From: Balanoglossus misakiensis
Lineage: Eukaryota > Animalia > Hemichordata
Reading direction: 5' to 3'
Length of the DNA stretch: 64,000 nucleotides
Assembly (NCBI GenBank): GCA_040954595.2
Contig: CM082579.2
Span: forward strand, 14,360,550 to 14,424,549
A program made the position numbers and the translations under genes. Below are positions 63,501 through 64,000 of this stretch, one piece after another (position 1 is the first letter of the stretch; each line of letters starts with the position of its first letter). The notes beneath the pieces are model-generated. The model was not told where the DNA came from. It searched no databases and saw nothing but the letters and a program-made list of their open reading frames with translations.

Positions 63501-64000
63501 GTAGTGGACAGTGTTCTGCCCATTAATTTTGAGTGTTTGGTGGGGTCAACCTTTGCGTCAACATTAACCAGAGCACACAGTAACCAGGCCATAGTGGACA
63601 GTGTTCTGCCCATTAATTTTGAGTGTTTGGTGGGGTCAACCTTTGCGTCAACATTAACCAGAGCACACAGTAACCAGGCCGTAGTGGACAGTGTTCTGCC
63701 CATTAATTTTGAGTGTTTGGTGGGGTCAACCTTTGCGTCAACATTAACCAGAGCACACAGTAACCAGGCCATAGTGGACAGTGTGCTGCCCATTAATTTT
63801 GAGTGTTTGGTGGGGTCAACCTTTGCGTCAACATTAACCAGAGCACACAGTAACCAGGCCATAGTGGACAGTGTTCTGCCCATTAATTTTGAGTGTTTGG
63901 TGGGGTCAACCTTTGCGTCAACATTAACCAGAGCACACAGTAACCAGGCCATAGTGGACAGTATGCTGCCCATTGATTTTGAGTGTTTGGTGGCGTCAAC
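51513..64000. repeat. Homogeneous tandem satellite/minisatellite with 90-bp main and 74/75-bp variant monomers; runs off the right edge
   Basis: 90-mer aacattaaccagagcacacagtaaccaggccgtagtggacagtgttctgcccattaattttgagtgtttggtggggtcaacctttgcgtc. The 74-mer lacks agagcacacagtaacc and carries agagtggccagtatcg. Confidence 0.98.

Noticed and set aside
51363-63973. Long repeat-protein ORFs as real genes
   Set aside because: They result from a 90-bp stop-free monomer. There are no unique termini or splice context, and 74-bp units shift the frame.
51513-64000. CRISPR-like array
   Set aside because: No unique spacers and no cas genes; the context is a eukaryotic intron-exon region.

Overview
Animal genomic DNA, probably from a marine invertebrate (inferred), with no prokaryotic features. 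(1) 1-26338 is an AT-rich satellite with a ~78-bp monomer and kb-scale block duplications. (2) 26339-30957 holds degenerate ~245-bp subrepeats and a Helentron/HINE-style terminus. This segment is interrupted by a dead, 5'-truncated APE-RT non-LTR retrotransposon (- strand), which is itself split by a 795-bp TTAA-flanked MITE. (3) 31-38.6 kb is intergenic and rich in MITEs. (4) 38625-50657 holds + strand exons of an uninflatable (uif)-like gene (C-type lectin, CUB, Sushi, calcium-binding EGF) carrying several disabling lesions; its introns contain MITEs, a HINE and hairpin elements. (5) 51513-64000 is a second, highly homogeneous satellite with 90-bp and 74-bp monomers. Nearly all long ORFs in the ORF track are satellite translation artefacts. 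I found no clearly novel protein-coding system. The best leads are the satellite apparently sitting inside a HINE-like element, the decay of the uif-like gene, and a shared GA-mismatch/GCA-triloop hairpin. All family assignments come from reading and recall, not database searches.
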